A DNA stretch of 64,000 nucleotides from Podarcis pityusensis. Its lineage: Eukaryota. Shown piece by piece: positions 26,652 through 37,359 of the stretch. Below the pieces are notes generated by a model. It saw only the letters and a program-made list of their open reading frames with translations, was not told the origin of the DNA and did not search any database. The position numbers were made by a program, and so were the translations under genes. The stretch lies in the NCBI GenBank assembly GCA_964106645.2, contig OZ067041.1. One strand, given 5' to 3'. Position 1 is the first letter of the stretch. Every line of letters starts with the position of its first letter.

Positions 26652-27355
26652 CTACCTGTTGTAGGCTCTTTCTTTTTTAGATTTCTCCAGCGCTTTGTCC
26701 ATAGTTTTCTCATTTTCTCCTCTGCATTTGGGACAGTACCACTTGCCCTTTGGTTTATGATTGAGTCCCACACACGAAAAGTGAAACCATTCTATTGGGC
26801 ACTCATCATTATCACAGCCTATCATTTCTCCATAGGAGACCTGATTACACAGACAATAGGTTGGCTCATTCGGATCAATGGGGAGGTCGGCTGGAGAAGC
26901 CTCCCTCTCTGCTTTGGCCTTGGACCGCTTCTTTTTATTGGACTTTTTCGCTTTCTTCTCCTTAGGAGTTCCTGAGGTGATATCGTCATGGTCGTGATTA
27001 TTAGAAGCGTTCTCTCGGTTCTCGTTATTTCTTTGCCGCCGGGACCGTTTGTTGTTGGGCTTCTCGGCCTGAGTGATTGTCTCGTTCTTTGACTTATCTT
27101 GGTTAGTTTTGCCACTGTTCCCAGTCGTGTCATTGGTCTCTTGGCAGGTCTCAAACAGTTCTACGTGGCTGTCCACTTGCCTGGTTCTGTTCTCAACAAG
27201 TTCTACCATTTGGCTGACAATCTGGATCTTCTCGTCTCCCAGTTCTTGACTCCGGATCAGGGCTCTCTGTATTAAGTGCAAAAGCCTCCTCTTTTGTACT
27301 GCATCGGTCTCCCGTTTGAATTTTTCGTAATAATCATCCAGCTCCTTTAGGATCT
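26652..27355 (-). CDS. ING1: ING1 exon 2 (helical domain, NLS, PHD finger, polybasic tail)
   Basis: cacag|AG ATC CTA AAG GAG; contains [23 protein letters not shown]4HC3 [48 protein letters not shown], and [10 protein letters not shown]. Confidence 0.97.
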
Positions 27356-27537
27356 CTGTGAAGAAAGGATAAGATTATATTATTTCTCAACCTCATGCAT
27401 AATACAGCACTTGAGCTTTGTCACAGATGTGTCATCAAAAGTTTTTTTTTGGGGGGGGGGAGACACACCTAAAACTTCCCACACTTTAAAGTGTGGATTC
27501 TAAACACAGGTACTCTGAGGTGAGTTGCACTGAAATA

Positions 27538-27759
27538 CAGTGGTACCTCAGGTTACATATGCTTCAGGTTACACACTCCGCTAACCCAGAAATAGTGCTT
27601 CAGGTTACGAACTTTGCTTCAGGATAAGAACAGAAATCGGGCTCCGGCGGCGCGGCAGCAGCGGGAGGCCCCATTAGCTAAAGTGGTGCTTCAGGTTAAG
27701 AACAGTTTCAGGTTAAGAAAGGACCTCCGGAACAAATTACTTAACCTGAGGTACCACTG
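27538..27759. mobile_element. Tc1/mariner (Tigger-like) MITE
   Basis: TA|cagtggtacctcaggtta ... taacctgaggtaccactg|TA; same family as 20712-20937, opposite orientation. Confidence 0.9.
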
Positions 27760-28245
27760 TATGTCCCATATAGCTATAGTAAGAACAAAATAATGTAACT
27801 CCTTTCCTAGGGAGGCTAGCTCCACCCTATGTTTACTATCTTTGGCAGTAGTCTTATAGCAAGATCTTCTGGGATGAGCAGGGCTAGGATCTAACACATC
27901 TCTGCCTGAGCAGGGAGGTTCCTAGTGCAGCCCCATCCCCTACTCAGCCCAGATAGGCCTGCATATCTCCCTAGCTCAGAATGGGCCCATTAGGTGGGTG
28001 TCAAGCTGGCATTAAGTCCTCAAAAAGGGGCATTGCTTGGGGTAAGACAGGTGGGAGGATTTAGGCTGCATCCTAAGCCCATTCAGCATGCTCACTGTGA
28101 GCTGGAAGCCCAGCACTAAGTCAGGAAAAAAGGGGCATAGCTCAAGCTCTGTTTAAAGGTTTATTTCCTCTCCGCTAGGGTTAGGCCAGCTCAACCAGTG
28201 GTAGACTTGCTCCAGAATGGAGTTTGGCTCTTGCATACTTTACAC

Positions 28246-28773
28246 CAGGGGTCGGCAAACTAAGGCCCAGGGGCTGGATCAGGCCCAATTGCCTTTAGGA
28301 TCTGGTCCGCAGACTGTCCGTGGATCAGCGTGGGGATTCTGTTCGTTCGGGCTGTGCCATTTTCCCCCTGCGCCATTCCATTCCCTCCCTAAACACACAC
28401 CACGGCGGCGCCTACTTCCTCCCTCCTCCTGGCTTCTCCCTGCCCTGCCTAGAGGAGGAAGGGGGCTGGGCTGAGCTGGCTGAGCACCATTTTAAGCAGC
28501 CCCTTTCGTGCCGCTCATCTTCCCGCCACTGCCGCCCTGGTGCTCCTGTGGGCCAGAGAGCGGAGCGGATGAGCTCCCTCTGCCTACCCATGAGAAGCAG
28601 CAGTGGCGGCAGCCCCTGGGAAGGTAAGCGCAGCGGCTGGGGCATGGGGAGGACTACTTGCCCCCCTTGCCTCTTCTTCCAGCCCCCCCCCCCCCGGTAC
28701 CACTTCCCTGGCCCGCCACAAGGTCTGAGGGACAGTGGACCGGCCCACGGCTTAACTTTTTTGCCAACCCCTG
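28246..28773. mobile_element. hAT non-autonomous DNA transposon
   Basis: TIR caggggtcggcaaa ... tttgccaacccctg; perfect 8-bp TSD ctttacac. Confidence 0.9.
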
Positions 28774-29749
28774 CTTTACACCCAACTTAACACCAGGTTC
28801 TTTGTGTACAGGCCTGCCCTGCCTAGCAAGCAAAAGCTGTGCTTTTCCAGAGGGCTGACAAGACAGTTTGTGGGAATGCTCTGATTTTATTCTGCTTGTT
28901 TTCTATCTGCGGCTTAACAAATGAGCTGTTCTTGCCTCTGTTTTGCTTATGGTGTTTTGTTTTGTATTTTGTGAGCTGCCTTGGAGATCTCTTTTTACTT
29001 TTTTTAAAAAAAGAAGGTCAATTACCTAAAACGCTTAATCAACATTTAAAACATTTGAATACGCACAGGACTGCAGCTTTATTTCAAAAACATGGTGCCT
29101 ACTAAGTAAACAAGACCTCTTTCTGGGCAAATTGCAAGCTGCAGCTCAACCTCACTGACATCATCTTGGGTCTTACTCCCAGGTAAGTCTTGGGCACAGG
29201 GTTGCAAGCCCAGGTCCGCTATGCCCAGTCAGGGGAAAGGGTGGGGGTAGAAGTAGATATATAATCTATATGAGAATTGGTAGTTTAATAAGTTTGAATT
29301 CATGTTTATAATGGGTAAAACAGAAGTAATATAGCAGCTTTATATGGTAAGAAAATAACACCATGGATGGTTGGGTGGGAAGTCATGGATATGGGAGATT
29401 AATGCTGAATGTTGTTTAAAAGAATTTGCAAAATCTGAAAAATTAATTAAAAAGCTTGTGGTTAAAAAAAAGGAATATACAACAACTTCCGTTGCTTCGC
29501 ATTTTAAAAGACGTGCGCTTAACAGGTGTCCCGCGTGTACCAAAACACGTAACGTGTGAAAGGAAGGAAGCAAAAAAAAGGGGGGGGGAGTTGTTTTTTA
29601 CAACAAGAGTGTCGGTTTAGGTTACCTCCTGGTGCCAAAGCGCACACGGTGAGAAACCTGAAGAAATAAAATAAAACAAAACTGCTAATGGTAAATGCCG
29701 GAGGAGTAAAGCAACAGGGCGAAGAGATGGAAAGGGTTAAAAAAAAAAA

Positions 29750-30800
29750 GTAACTACATGTCCCGCCCCTTCACCACAAAAAAAAAGGGTCTCCGCGCCC
29801 ACTGAGCCATTGGAAGAGGGTCCTGTTTATCACACCCACCTACCCGGGCCCTCAGCCAACCAGAGAACGCCTGCCGCCCTTGTCCCGCCTCCTCCTTTTC
29901 GGGAGCGAGGCCACACCCTCCCCACGGGATGCGTCTTCGGGGTCCATTGTTCTTAGAAGGGAAGTGGCTGTGTTAAGAGCCGTTTCTCTCCTCCCCCCGC
30001 CGTCTTTTTACGGCTTCCTCAGCAGAACGTACGCGAGCAGAAGAATCTGCTCGGCCGGCCAATCACCACCCGGCAAATCCAAGCAGTGCCCGCCTCAGAC
30101 ACATGCAAGCAATACGGAGTAAAGATTCGGACCCAATAGCCCGCCCTCTGCCTTAAGAGCGTCTCCGCCAATCGAAAGGGAAAGCCCCAAGCGAATCTCC
30201 ACCCGCTTTAAGCCAACGTTCCAATCAGATGTTTAAAGGCGGAGCTTACTGCGACCCTCATATTTCCACATCCACCTGTCAGTCACCATTAGCTTCCGAC
30301 GCTTCCTGCAACTAGAGGAGCCAATCACAGGCTAAGAAACGGACGGGGCAGTTCGAACTATTACAACAAACCTCCCACTGCTTCTCTCTCTCCTTCGCTC
30401 CCTCTCCCCCTCCCCAACCCGGTTTCCACCGTTCGCTTTCGTCAGCGCCACTAGAAGGCGGGGCTTCGGAGAGAATTCAGCGGGACCAATCACCGGGCAA
30501 CAGGGCGGGGCCACGGCTGTTTCATGAGGGAAGTTCTGGCCAATAATGGGAAAATGGAGGCGGGGCGGGCACAACAGGGTAATGACGGTGAGTATAAAAG
30601 CCGCTGTGACGGCGCTTCTCACTCTTTCTAGAGCTGAAGCGCGAAGGTGCCTCCCTCTAGCGCAGTACGGAGTGCTTGTAGCTGGTTGAAATGCCCGCCC
30701 TTGTCCTTTAAAACAACAGCCCCCCGCCTCCCGTTCTTCCTCATCCCCTAACCACGCAGTCAAGCCCTCAAGTTTTGATGTTTCGTCACTTTCTTTATCT
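29750..30800. promoter_or_regulatory. CpG-rich internal promoter in ING1 intron 1
   Basis: High CpG density, seven CCAAT boxes at 30059-30544, GC boxes, TATAAAAG at 30593-30600. Confidence 0.75.
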
Positions 30801-31819
30801 CGCGCTTCTCCTCTCTCCCTATTTACGACACATTAAAAACTCGTCGCACGAAAGGTCTCGAATGGATACTTGCTGCGTTCTCTCTCCCCGCCCCCCCCCC
30901 GCTTCATAAGCACAGCAATAGCCTGCCAGGTTTCCAACCCCCCTTCCTCGCCCCTGGAGAAAAAAGGGGGAGCTGAATGTGTAACGGGCACCCCTGTGTC
31001 ACCTCTACCACCGGCAGCAGTGGCACTCTTTCCACCCCCCCACGCCTTTTACCTCTCTCAGCACCAAGTGACAAAGGACCTTTCGAGCCCCCTCAATAAC
31101 TAAAAAAAACAACCCACCATTTCCCCAGCTGCAGACTTGAGTGCGGGAGAAGACAGCCTCCCCTCCCCTCACCGCCAAAAAAGAGCTAGAAAATACTGTA
31201 TGAGTTTCAGCACAGGGAGGAAAAGAAAAAGAGAGAGGGAGGGAGGAGGGGTCACTTAGCAAAGCAGTACATCCCCAACCCACACAGTATTTATATAATC
31301 TTTTCCCCTTTCCATAGTCTCTCCCCCCCCCGGCTCCCCGGTTTACAGATACTTGACAGGAGAGGACTGTTTTAAAAGCAAATGCCCATTGAAAAAAAGA
31401 AGAAGCGAAGGCAACAAGCCCTGCCCACCCCCCCTTCCACTCTCTATCTAATCCTCCCTCCCCTCTCTTACTAGCACCCTCTCTCCTACTACAGCCATTG
31501 CGAAGGCTAGAAATTCCTCAATGTTGTAACTGGGATCGCTGCCCCCTTCTTTTTACCCTCTTTCTTCCAACAACCCCCCTACACACACACTGCTGTCCCG
31601 CTGTCCCCACAAAACATACTCTCTCAAACCAGAAAAGAGAAACAGCCGCCTCAGTGCCCCATGCGTCCTGATCCTCCAGCCCCTCCTCTGCCCTTACTGC
31701 TGCTGCCGCCGCCTTTTTTGTCCAGCAATTTTTCAAAAAACCTAAAAAGCAAAGTCTTTGCTTTAATAGCAGGAGCCCCAAAGAAGACCTTTTGTTCCGC
31801 CCCAAGGAAGGGAAGGGGA

Positions 31820-31822
<3 letters not shown>

Positions 31823-31856
<34 letters not shown>

Positions 31857-32030
31857 CCCACCCCTCCATCTATCTCTGCAGAGCAGCCCCCTTCTCCTGC
31901 CTCTCCTCCTCGAATCTTTTCGCCCCTCTTTCCTTTTGCTTTCTGAATGCCTTCTCACAAAATAAATAAATAAGATTTTCAAAGCTTTGCCATCCGCTTC
32001 GGGATGAAACCGGGGAGAGGGGGTGGTGGT

Positions 32031-32067
<37 letters not shown>
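31823..32067. repeat. (CA)n and (GA)n microsatellites in ING1 intron 1
   Basis: (AC)n at about 31823-31855 and (GA)n at about 32033-32067. Confidence 0.95.
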
Positions 32068-32069
<2 letters not shown>

Positions 32070-32163
32070 ATCCCTGCAGAAAAGGCAAAATAATATCATC
32101 ATCATCTATGTAGCTTCTACGTACTCTCCCGCACACGAACACATAAAGGAGAAAAGCACTTAC

Positions 32164-32299
32164 CTTGATATTTGGCGTCAATTTCCCTCATCAGGGAGAC
32201 ATTTCTCTGCAGATCGAAGGGCAGAGATTCGATGGAGTCCAGGTAATCCTCCACATAGTTCGCTAAATGAAGCTGCTCTCCGTTTGCAGGGTTCAACAT
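32164..32299 (-). CDS. ING1: ING1 coding exon 1 (p33ING1b-type N-terminus)
   Basis: MLNPANGEQLHLANYVEDYLDSIESLPFDLQRNVSLMREIDAKYQ G|gtaagt; phase 1 joins exon 2; a weaker in-frame ATG lies at 32305. Confidence 0.96.
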
Positions 32300-32719
32300 T
32301 TTCATCCGGCCGAAAATTGTGAGTATAGATATATCTATATATCTATATATCTCTCTCCTCCTCCTCTCACCCCTAAATGGGCGAGAGTTTTCCTTTCAAA
32401 CACAGCAGCCCCCAATGGCAGAGTCTCCGTCCTCGCCGCTTCTCTTTTCCGCCTCCTGTTCCTTCGGATCTCACCAAAAAAAGGAGAAAAGAACCCACTC
32501 CAAAAAGGGGGGAAAGAAGAAAAAAAAGAGAGAGCGAGAGCTACATCTGAGTCCTTTTCTTCCCAGAGTAGAAAGGCAGGCAGGCAAGGCAAGGCAGGCG
32601 CGCGCGCACACACACACAGCCCGAGAGTCCCTACAGCCTCAGAGCAGCCGTAGCAGCTGATTGAATGGCTGTCGTTGTCGGTAACTCACCAAGGAGGTGG
32701 TACGAACAATCGGAGAGGG

Positions 32720-32720
<1 letters not shown>

Positions 32721-32779
<59 letters not shown>
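32721..32779. repeat. (TG)n microsatellite, about 29 units
   Basis: Perfect dinucleotide run upstream of the ING1 ATG. Confidence 0.97.
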
Positions 32780-32781
<2 letters not shown>

Positions 32782-32849
32782 ACAAGAGACGGGAGGGGAA
32801 AGGAGAGGAAGCTTAAAAAAAAAAAAGACAAATACGATCTGTTCTGCTC

Positions 32850-35300
32850 TGCCTACAGATAGGCAGAAGGGGAGGAGAAGCTCCTCTCGGCGAATGCAGC
32901 TGCTGCTCCTGTTCCGCCGGTGGGTATGAATGCAGCCTCTCCTCTACGCGCCGCACTTGATCCAACGTGGAAAACCCAAATACCAGTTTCAAACACTTGG
33001 GAAACATTCAGCCCCGCCGCCTAGGGCGCATGCGCACCACTCCCATCTACCTTGAACACCACCAACCCCCCCCGCCGCGACACTAAACAGCAGAGGCGCT
33101 CGATGTGCTTCTCTGTCTATATAATCGTTGCATTTCCCTCCCTCGCTACTGGCGGAGAAGGAAGTGAGGGAGGCGCGGGTGGGGGGAGGAAGCAGGCAGC
33201 TCGCTCGCTGCTGAGATGCGCGGATCCTGGGTGTCGTGTGCAGGCGAGAGCAAAACACTCTTCCTCCCCCACCGATGCAGACGTGCCTCACGCGTGGAGG
33301 GGACGGGAGAGTTGGAACTGTGGGCTTGCTTGCGGCTTCCGGGAATGCACACGCGTGCCGAAGGATCCAGCCGTGCCTCGGCTGCATCGCTGGGTGGCAG
33401 CAACTTAGGGCAGCGGCGGAGGCCTTCCGTGCCTTCATTATTTGTTGCTGCTTGACTTAGAGTAAAGCAAGAGAGCGAGTTTGCGAGCGGGGTTCGCCTC
33501 CGCTTAAGGGGGGGGGCTTCAACCCTGGCGCTTTTGCACGCGTGCTTGGAAACACGCGTGAAACTCCCGAGGGTGGCCAGGATTGCTGCGAGGGAGCCCC
33601 GGTTTCTGACAACGCAAGGACCAAGGGAGGCGTGTTGTGTTGTGTTGTGGAGGGTGGGCTGTGAAAGGCACGATGCTCTACACACACATGCACCCTTCCC
33701 CTTAGTTCGCAGGACTCCCCCCCCCCCCCGCGCTTGAAACAGAGGCGGCCTTTTTTTTCTCTCTTTTCCCTCCTTGAAAACTAACAACCGGAGCAACCGC
33801 ATCGAGAACTATAATCCAAGTTAAAGGCAGCGCCTCTGGCCAATCGCGGCTCAGCCTCGCGCTCCACCCCTCCGCTTCGGCCGCCCAATGGGAGGTCGCG
33901 GGTTTATGGTGGTGGTGGTGGTGGAGGAGGAGGTAGAGGGGGGGCCGGAAGAGAGCGAGAGACGAGGAAGGCGGCGGCGCGTGCGCACACCGTCATCCAT
34001 GGAACGAGAAAATGGAGGGTGCGAAGCGGGAGGAGGAAGGGGGTGAAAGGGAACTACATTTCCCAGCAGCCTTTTCTTTCTTTCCTCACCCGCACCGCAG
34101 GCCGCATGCGCCTGGGTTGTGGCCATTGCAGTCCCGACATAGGGGTAACCCCCCGCTGCTTTTTAAGGTTGCCTGATCTGAAAACCAAGGCACACTCGGC
34201 TGCAGAAAACAAAAGGAGGGGGACGCGTGGGGAACGAGGTTACTTAGCGCCCGGCAGTTATTTGCCGGTGTTAATTCATTCAGATGTATTCTTCACCCAC
34301 TCCCCGTAGCCTGGGAATGGAAGTAGCTGGTGCAAGCATTCCTAAATAGGCGTGCTGCTGGTTCGAAAGAGGCGTTGCGATTTAGGGCACATGGGTGAAT
34401 TGGGATCGCTGGGAAAATGTGGCCGGGAGCGGGGAGTAGAATAAAAAAGGCCTCTGCAGCTGGAAAGTGGTAGCAAATGCCATACTTGGTTCCTGCTGCC
34501 GGCTGCTCTCGCCCGCTATAGATCTCGAGCGAAAAAGGCAAAATGTTTTCACAACTGGGGTTTGTGAGCACTTTCCACAAACCAACAACACTGAGTTGTC
34601 GGCAGGATAAACTTAGGGTTTTAAATAATGCACGCTGTAGCCTGGGATGCTGTATAAAAAATAAACAAGAAAGACGATTTGTTTTTTTGAAAGCAAAGCA
34701 AGAAAGCAAACTTTCGCGATTTCCTGCAAACGGCTTCTCTTAAAAGTACGGGCGATGCGCAGCAGCCGCTGTCTCGGATTTAACATTTTTGAAAGTGCGA
34801 TACTGTATTCCTGTATGGCACTACGGGGATACCTGCATACTCTGCGCAAGCGGGGTGGCGGCAGCAATGCCCACTTGGGGGGCGGGGAGAGTACTAATCC
34901 GGCAGGCGAGGAACGGGAGTCTTTGCCTTTGATCACCAGGGACTATTACGATCTGCAGCAAACTCTTCGCCCACCATAAAGGAGAGTCAGGAAGATGCAT
35001 CAGCAGCCACCTTCGCTGCTCATTACTTAGCTCAGCTTCTGGAAATAGCATCGCCAAAACCGCGAGGATGGTGGGAAGAGATGCCTTCCCTTAAAAGCAT
35101 GGATCTGTATCCATTCCAAACCGCTCGGTTTTTCCCTCTCCAAAGCGCGATGCGGGGGGGAGGGGAGTAGATTCCAAAGGAAGCAGCTTTTAGTCTATGT
35201 CCTTCATAGCCCGTTTCCAAGAACAGGGATCTGGATTTGCCCCAATAAGCTCGTTTAAGAGTTTCCCTGACCCGCCGCCGCCGCTGAAGCCATGATCAAA
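32850..35300. promoter_or_regulatory. CpG island, main ING1 promoter (probably bidirectional)
   Basis: CpG-rich; NRF1 site GCGCATGCGC at 33026-33035, CCAAT at about 33840 and 33886, ZNF143/THAP11-type ACTACATTTCCCAGCA at 34053-34068. Confidence 0.75.
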
Positions 35301-36181
35301 TGGTGGTGGATCTCGCTGGTAGCAGAAGGGGAGGAGCTCTCCCAAAAGACACGGTGCTTTGTTGTCTTCCTCGTCTCCACCGGCTAGCAGGAAGGTTCAC
35401 TTTTCCTTTCTGCATTTTCTGCACCAGGCAACAATGGCTATTACTGTACATGTAAGAAGCAAGAAACACCCACACATCAGCCCCCTAAAAAAACCTTGAA
35501 GCCCATTGGTTAAGTCATGAAAGACACACTCCCCCCCTTCCTCTCCCGCCTTTCGCTTCCCGGAATCTGCAGCCTGTAATTTGTTAATTTTTCCTTTCCT
35601 CTTTCTCTCCCCCCTACATCTTAGTTCTGTCTGGTAGAAAGCGAAACAAAGTAGGATTTCCTAAAAACAATGCCCAGTGCTTTAGAGTCTTCTGGAACTC
35701 AAGAGAAACTATGGCTCCAAATCTAGAGACACTTACCTGTGAGTAAGCTCCATTGAACTCAGTGGAGTTTACTTTGAAGTATAGGTTTGCAGGGTTAGTA
35801 TTTGTATGGGCAAAGCCTGATACCCTTTCTATAATCAGAGTCTATTGGACAGCACAGTACAGTTTGGGGCAGGAAGATTTTTCTCAACTTGGGTGGCCTC
35901 CACCCCCAACTAGCAATTAGATCCGTTGATTAGCCCCTTATTTTAGCCTCATTTACTCCAGTTTAACAGAAATAATGCTGCTGACTTAGACAAAACATAA
36001 ATCGTATTTTTTTATTGTGTTCTCTTAAGCTGCTATATGCATTACAGTAAACGTTATTTTTTTGCACACAGAGTTGTGGATGCAATGAAACAGAACATAT
36101 TATACAAAGATAAAGCATTGGTTCCAGGCTAAGGCTGCAAATCTGTACACACTTATCTGGGAGCATGTCCCATTGAACTCA

Positions 36182-36275
36182 AATGTAACTTGATAAATTT
36201 TCCTGCAGTCATGTCAGTTTTTGGTGGGTGGGTAGGGGGGTGACATGACTGCAGGAAAATTTATCAGGTTACGTT
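36182..36275. repeat. 35-bp inverted repeat (hairpin) with 24-nt G-rich loop
   Basis: 36191-36216 is the exact reverse complement of 36241-36266; the stem extends 9 more bp with two T-G pairs. Confidence 0.92.
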
Positions 36276-37359
36276 CAGGAATCCTGAAGAAAACGATAGG
36301 ATACCTGTGGGCCCCTTTCCTTGTCTGGTTGCAGAACAGTGGGTGCTTCTTGTATGTGTGTGAGAGATTCAATCGCATACTGGCAAATTCAGCTTGTGCA
36401 ACCTCTTGTTATAACTAAATGCACTTTTAAAAGTACATGTGATTTTGGACTACCACTGAATTTAATCGAAGATAAAAACGCTTACCTTCATCTGGATTGT
36501 GCCCTTTTAAAAAAACCAAACTATATTGTTGCTGGGAGATGCTGATTTCAATAGCGTGTTGGGGGCTGGAGTAGTGTAAAATCCAATCTTGGGGGAGAGT
36601 TACCAAGAACACCTGGTTGGGACCCCACTTGGCAAATACCTACTGCCAATTTGTCATCGACAAGACCAAGGACAAATGGACTTCCAGAGGCTGTTCTGGC
36701 TGTTGTAGCATGATCCATTTCTGTCTATGATCACTCCAAAGTATGTCACACTGTGTTCTGTGGAGCTTTCTCCCTAGTAAATGTGTCTCAAACTGCAGCC
36801 TTAATTGGACCAACAAAGAACCAGCACAGAACACATGTTTATACTCATCTACATGACTCAACAATTAAAAAATGCTCGGCTGTAGAGGCCCAAGGGCTGC
36901 AAAATGAAGTAAATGAGCCATTGACAAGAATGTATTCTAGGTTGGCCACCCCAATAAAAGCTATCAGCCTTTTCTGTGGATCTTCTCCCAAGGAACAAGT
37001 GGACTGATGTAAAATACTAATAACCAGGAAATGTTTAGGAATTTGTAGGAATCCTGGCTATTTTTTCTCCTATAATTACAAGGCAATACAGTACCGCAGT
37101 AATCAAATAACACATTTTCTGAGGCTCACATGATTGTCAGCTGCCCCATTCAGTCTTCCACTGAGAGCGAGTGCCTTATTTCCCATCTTACTGTAGATTT
37201 TGCTTCATTTCGATAAATAAAATTATATTTTATGGTTTAAAAAAATAAATAAAAAATAACACTTTCAAATTTATCCCCCTCCCCTATACCTTGCACGTTG
37301 TAAAAAAATAAAATAAAAATCTGACTCCAAAAATTAAGGTCCTGGTTCCTCTTAATAAC

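Larger units (their letters stand above)
25490..32700 (-). other. ING1: ING1 gene (inhibitor of growth 1, PHD-finger H3K4me3 reader)
   Basis: Two coding exons, 136+704=840 nt = 279 aa plus stop; 3'UTR to AATAAA at 25511-25506; 5' end approximate. Confidence 0.9.

Noticed and set aside
31518-34309. Many 60-218 aa ORFs on both strands around ING1 exon 1
   Set aside because: Low-complexity translations of GC-rich island and microsatellite sequence; no recognisable domain.
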